NCBI GenBank assembly: GCA_000708835.1
Contig: DF237419.1
Coordinates: 8,782 to 72,781 of the forward strand
Length of the DNA stretch: 64,000 nucleotides
DNA from: Klebsormidium nitens
Lineage: Eukaryota; Plantae; Klebsormidiophyceae
Reading direction: 5' to 3'
Part shown: one piece after another, positions 62,263 through 64,000 of the stretch
Numbering within the stretch: position 1 is the stretch's first letter
Layout of the letters: each line of letters opens with the position of its first letter
Position numbers and translations under genes: made by a program
Notes under the pieces: model-generated
What the model was told of the DNA's origin: nothing
Seen by the model: the letters and a program-made list of their open reading frames with translations, nothing else
Database searches by the model: none

Positions 62263-63156
62263 GAAGCTGTTTGTTAGCTGCGAGGAACTTGATAAGTTTG
62301 AGTTTATACGGAAGTTGTTTGTCATGGACCGTTCAACAGTAATAAGCCCGTCAGGGTTGCTCCCCAGTCCTGTTCAGGCAATCTGAGGCGGGTTGAATGT
62401 CTGAGCTAGGCAGCCGGCTGCTGCCTGCACATGCTCCTAGACAATCATTGTTTGGTGCTGTCGACTCGTGTGATCATCATGGCCGGGCCATGAATGTGCA
62501 GACTGCCAGTCCATAGCAAAGGGTATGTATCAAATTCAGGCATGCAGTAAATTGCAGGACAAAGCGATACGTTGTCACTCTGAGTGAGCTATTTGATGGG
62601 GTTTCCTTAGAATATACCGACACAGACCCAGACGGTCACCATACGGCCCGCACTTAACCTGCGTTACGGATTGAAGTCAGCGCCGCGGGTGCAACTAGGA
62701 CACACGAAGATAGCTTTCAAACGTGCATATACGTATTTGAGTCTCACCATCCTCCATGTGCTCCGCCAACCCCTTATACGTGGCATGACAAAACCGCACT
62801 GTATTTTGAACTTTTTGACCAACATCTATTCCATTGATGTGATGCGCTTGCTAGCTGCTCACATGAGCTGTGAATTCATGTCTATGCATGTTCTTTCTGC
62901 GAAACTGACATTGCCAAGGTCATGAAAGCACTTCGATCATACCCTCACTGCTTGGGCGATTATATCCATTTTTGACCAGTTGCAAGCACAAGACTGCCAG
63001 AAGCATCTCTTAATCGAATGCAAGATGTATCTCATTGTAATGCTGATTCTACACTCTCAAGCCTGAATCAGAACAGTATGTTGCCTGTATGACCGAACAT
63101 AGCTCGTCCCTTACCGACTTCTCACTGGCCAGATAAATGTCCCTTGCATACTCTAC

Positions 63157-63951
63157 TCAGTAGTAGTCGTCATCAGAGTCTTCATAGTCGCTTTGATCGC
63201 GGAAAGTCAGCGCGGGCTCCTCCTCAGAAGGACAGCAATCTGGGCACTCACAATCATCGCAGAGCCTTTCGCAGCACTCCTCACAGCGTCGTTCTATCTC
63301 GCACATGCACGTGTGCACCTCACATTGGTAGCAGAATTCGGCATCATTGAAAGATACTGTGCAACCAGCTTGGCATTGGAAGTCATACTCAGAGTCCTCT
63401 TCGCTGATTTGTTCTGTGTCAAACTTCTCCAGATAGTCGACGTCGTTCCCGTACATATCGCTCATCAACACCAGCTTGGTCCTTTTCTTCTTCCAGGGTG
63501 CTGCGACCTTTGCTTCCAGTTCACGGAGGAACGCGACGAGCTCCCTGGAATCCAGCCTTCCACAGTCCCTAACATTGATAACCTTTGGCGGCTGAGCGCC
63601 TGGACCAACCCTCTTTGAGATGGCCCACAAGGACTCCGATGTCAGATCATGACACTCCGCCAGGTCAATCACGCTGATATTCATCCGGGGGATCCCTCTC
63701 GCTCTGTTGAGAATCTTGACGAGCTTGGCATCGTTCAGCTTAGCTTCTGGTTTGTACGAGCTCTTGTGGATGTCGAGGGCTGCATTGGCCCACAGCTCAG
63801 GCGCAGAGACCGCTGTGCGGAACGCCCGGCTGACGCATTCAGCCACCGCAAGCTCCTTGATGCCCAGCTTTGAGAGTATAAGGTCAACCACATCCTTTGG
63901 AAAGTCATCCCATTGGAAGCCTTGAGAGCCTTCTTCCTCGACCTCCGTCAT
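63157..63951 (-). CDS. Intronless F-box protein with a short LRR-like segment and a Cys-rich acidic tail (264 aa)
   Basis: F-box WDDFPKDVVDLILSKLGIKELAVAECVSRAFRTAV...LW. LRR-like VIDLAECHDLT and VINVRDCGRLD. 14 Cys in aa 193-240. Confidence 0.8.
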   Translation of the reverse strand: MTEVEEEGSQGFQWDDFPKDVVDLILSKLGIKELAVAECVSRAFRTAVSAPELWANAALDIHKSSYKPEAKLNDAKLVKILNRARGIPRMNISVIDLAECHDLTSESLWAISKRVGPGAQPPKVINVRDCGRLDSRELVAFLRELEAKVAAPWKKKRTKLVLMSDMYGNDVDYLEKFDTEQISEEDSEYDFQCQAGCTVSFNDAEFCYQCEVHTCMCEIERRCEECCERLCDDCECPDCCPSEEEPALTFRDQSDYEDSDDDYY

Positions 63952-64000
63952 GGTCTCCTACAAAATTTTGCTTTTCAAAACTGAGCTCAGAAAACTGGCT

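Overview
Eukaryotic nuclear DNA with many GT-AG introns and GC-rich exons. The gene mix points to a streptophyte (charophyte) green alga, Klebsormidium-like; this is an inference from content, not a database match. It combines land-plant-type genes (TROL/STR4, STR6, NIPA8-type Mg transporter, DnaJ-Jiv90) with a flagellar dynein assembly factor (DNAAF1/ODA7) and a VPS10/sortilin receptor, which land plants lack. About 12 protein genes were reconstructed by hand. In order: F-box (-), bPH_2+SHOCT protein (+), TROL-like rhodanese fusion (-), VPS10 receptor (+), F-box (-), DNAAF1 (+), DnaJ/Jiv90 (+), NIPA (+), APH/EcKL-type phosphotransferase (-), mitochondrial-type rpl10 (+), STR6 rhodanese-FSH1 (+), F-box (-). 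There are also two TA-flanked MITEs. The main finding is a 9-exon, ~1089-aa gene (6878-14023, minus strand) that the ORF track splits into unrelated pieces. Spliced, it reads: transit peptide, three Trp-rich 35-aa repeats, TM, rhodanese domain, TM, ~510-aa acidic linker, CBM25 starch-binding domain. The FNR-binding tail of plant TROL is absent. It is a candidate thylakoid-starch(-Rubisco) tether for a streptophyte pyrenoid. The second pattern is that four introns in three genes hold tandem degenerate copies of their own 3' splice site, usually with the start of the next exon. No rRNA, tRNA or CRISPR array was recognised. Exon boundaries were read by eye from GT-AG signals, frame and family similarity; some small exons are uncertain.
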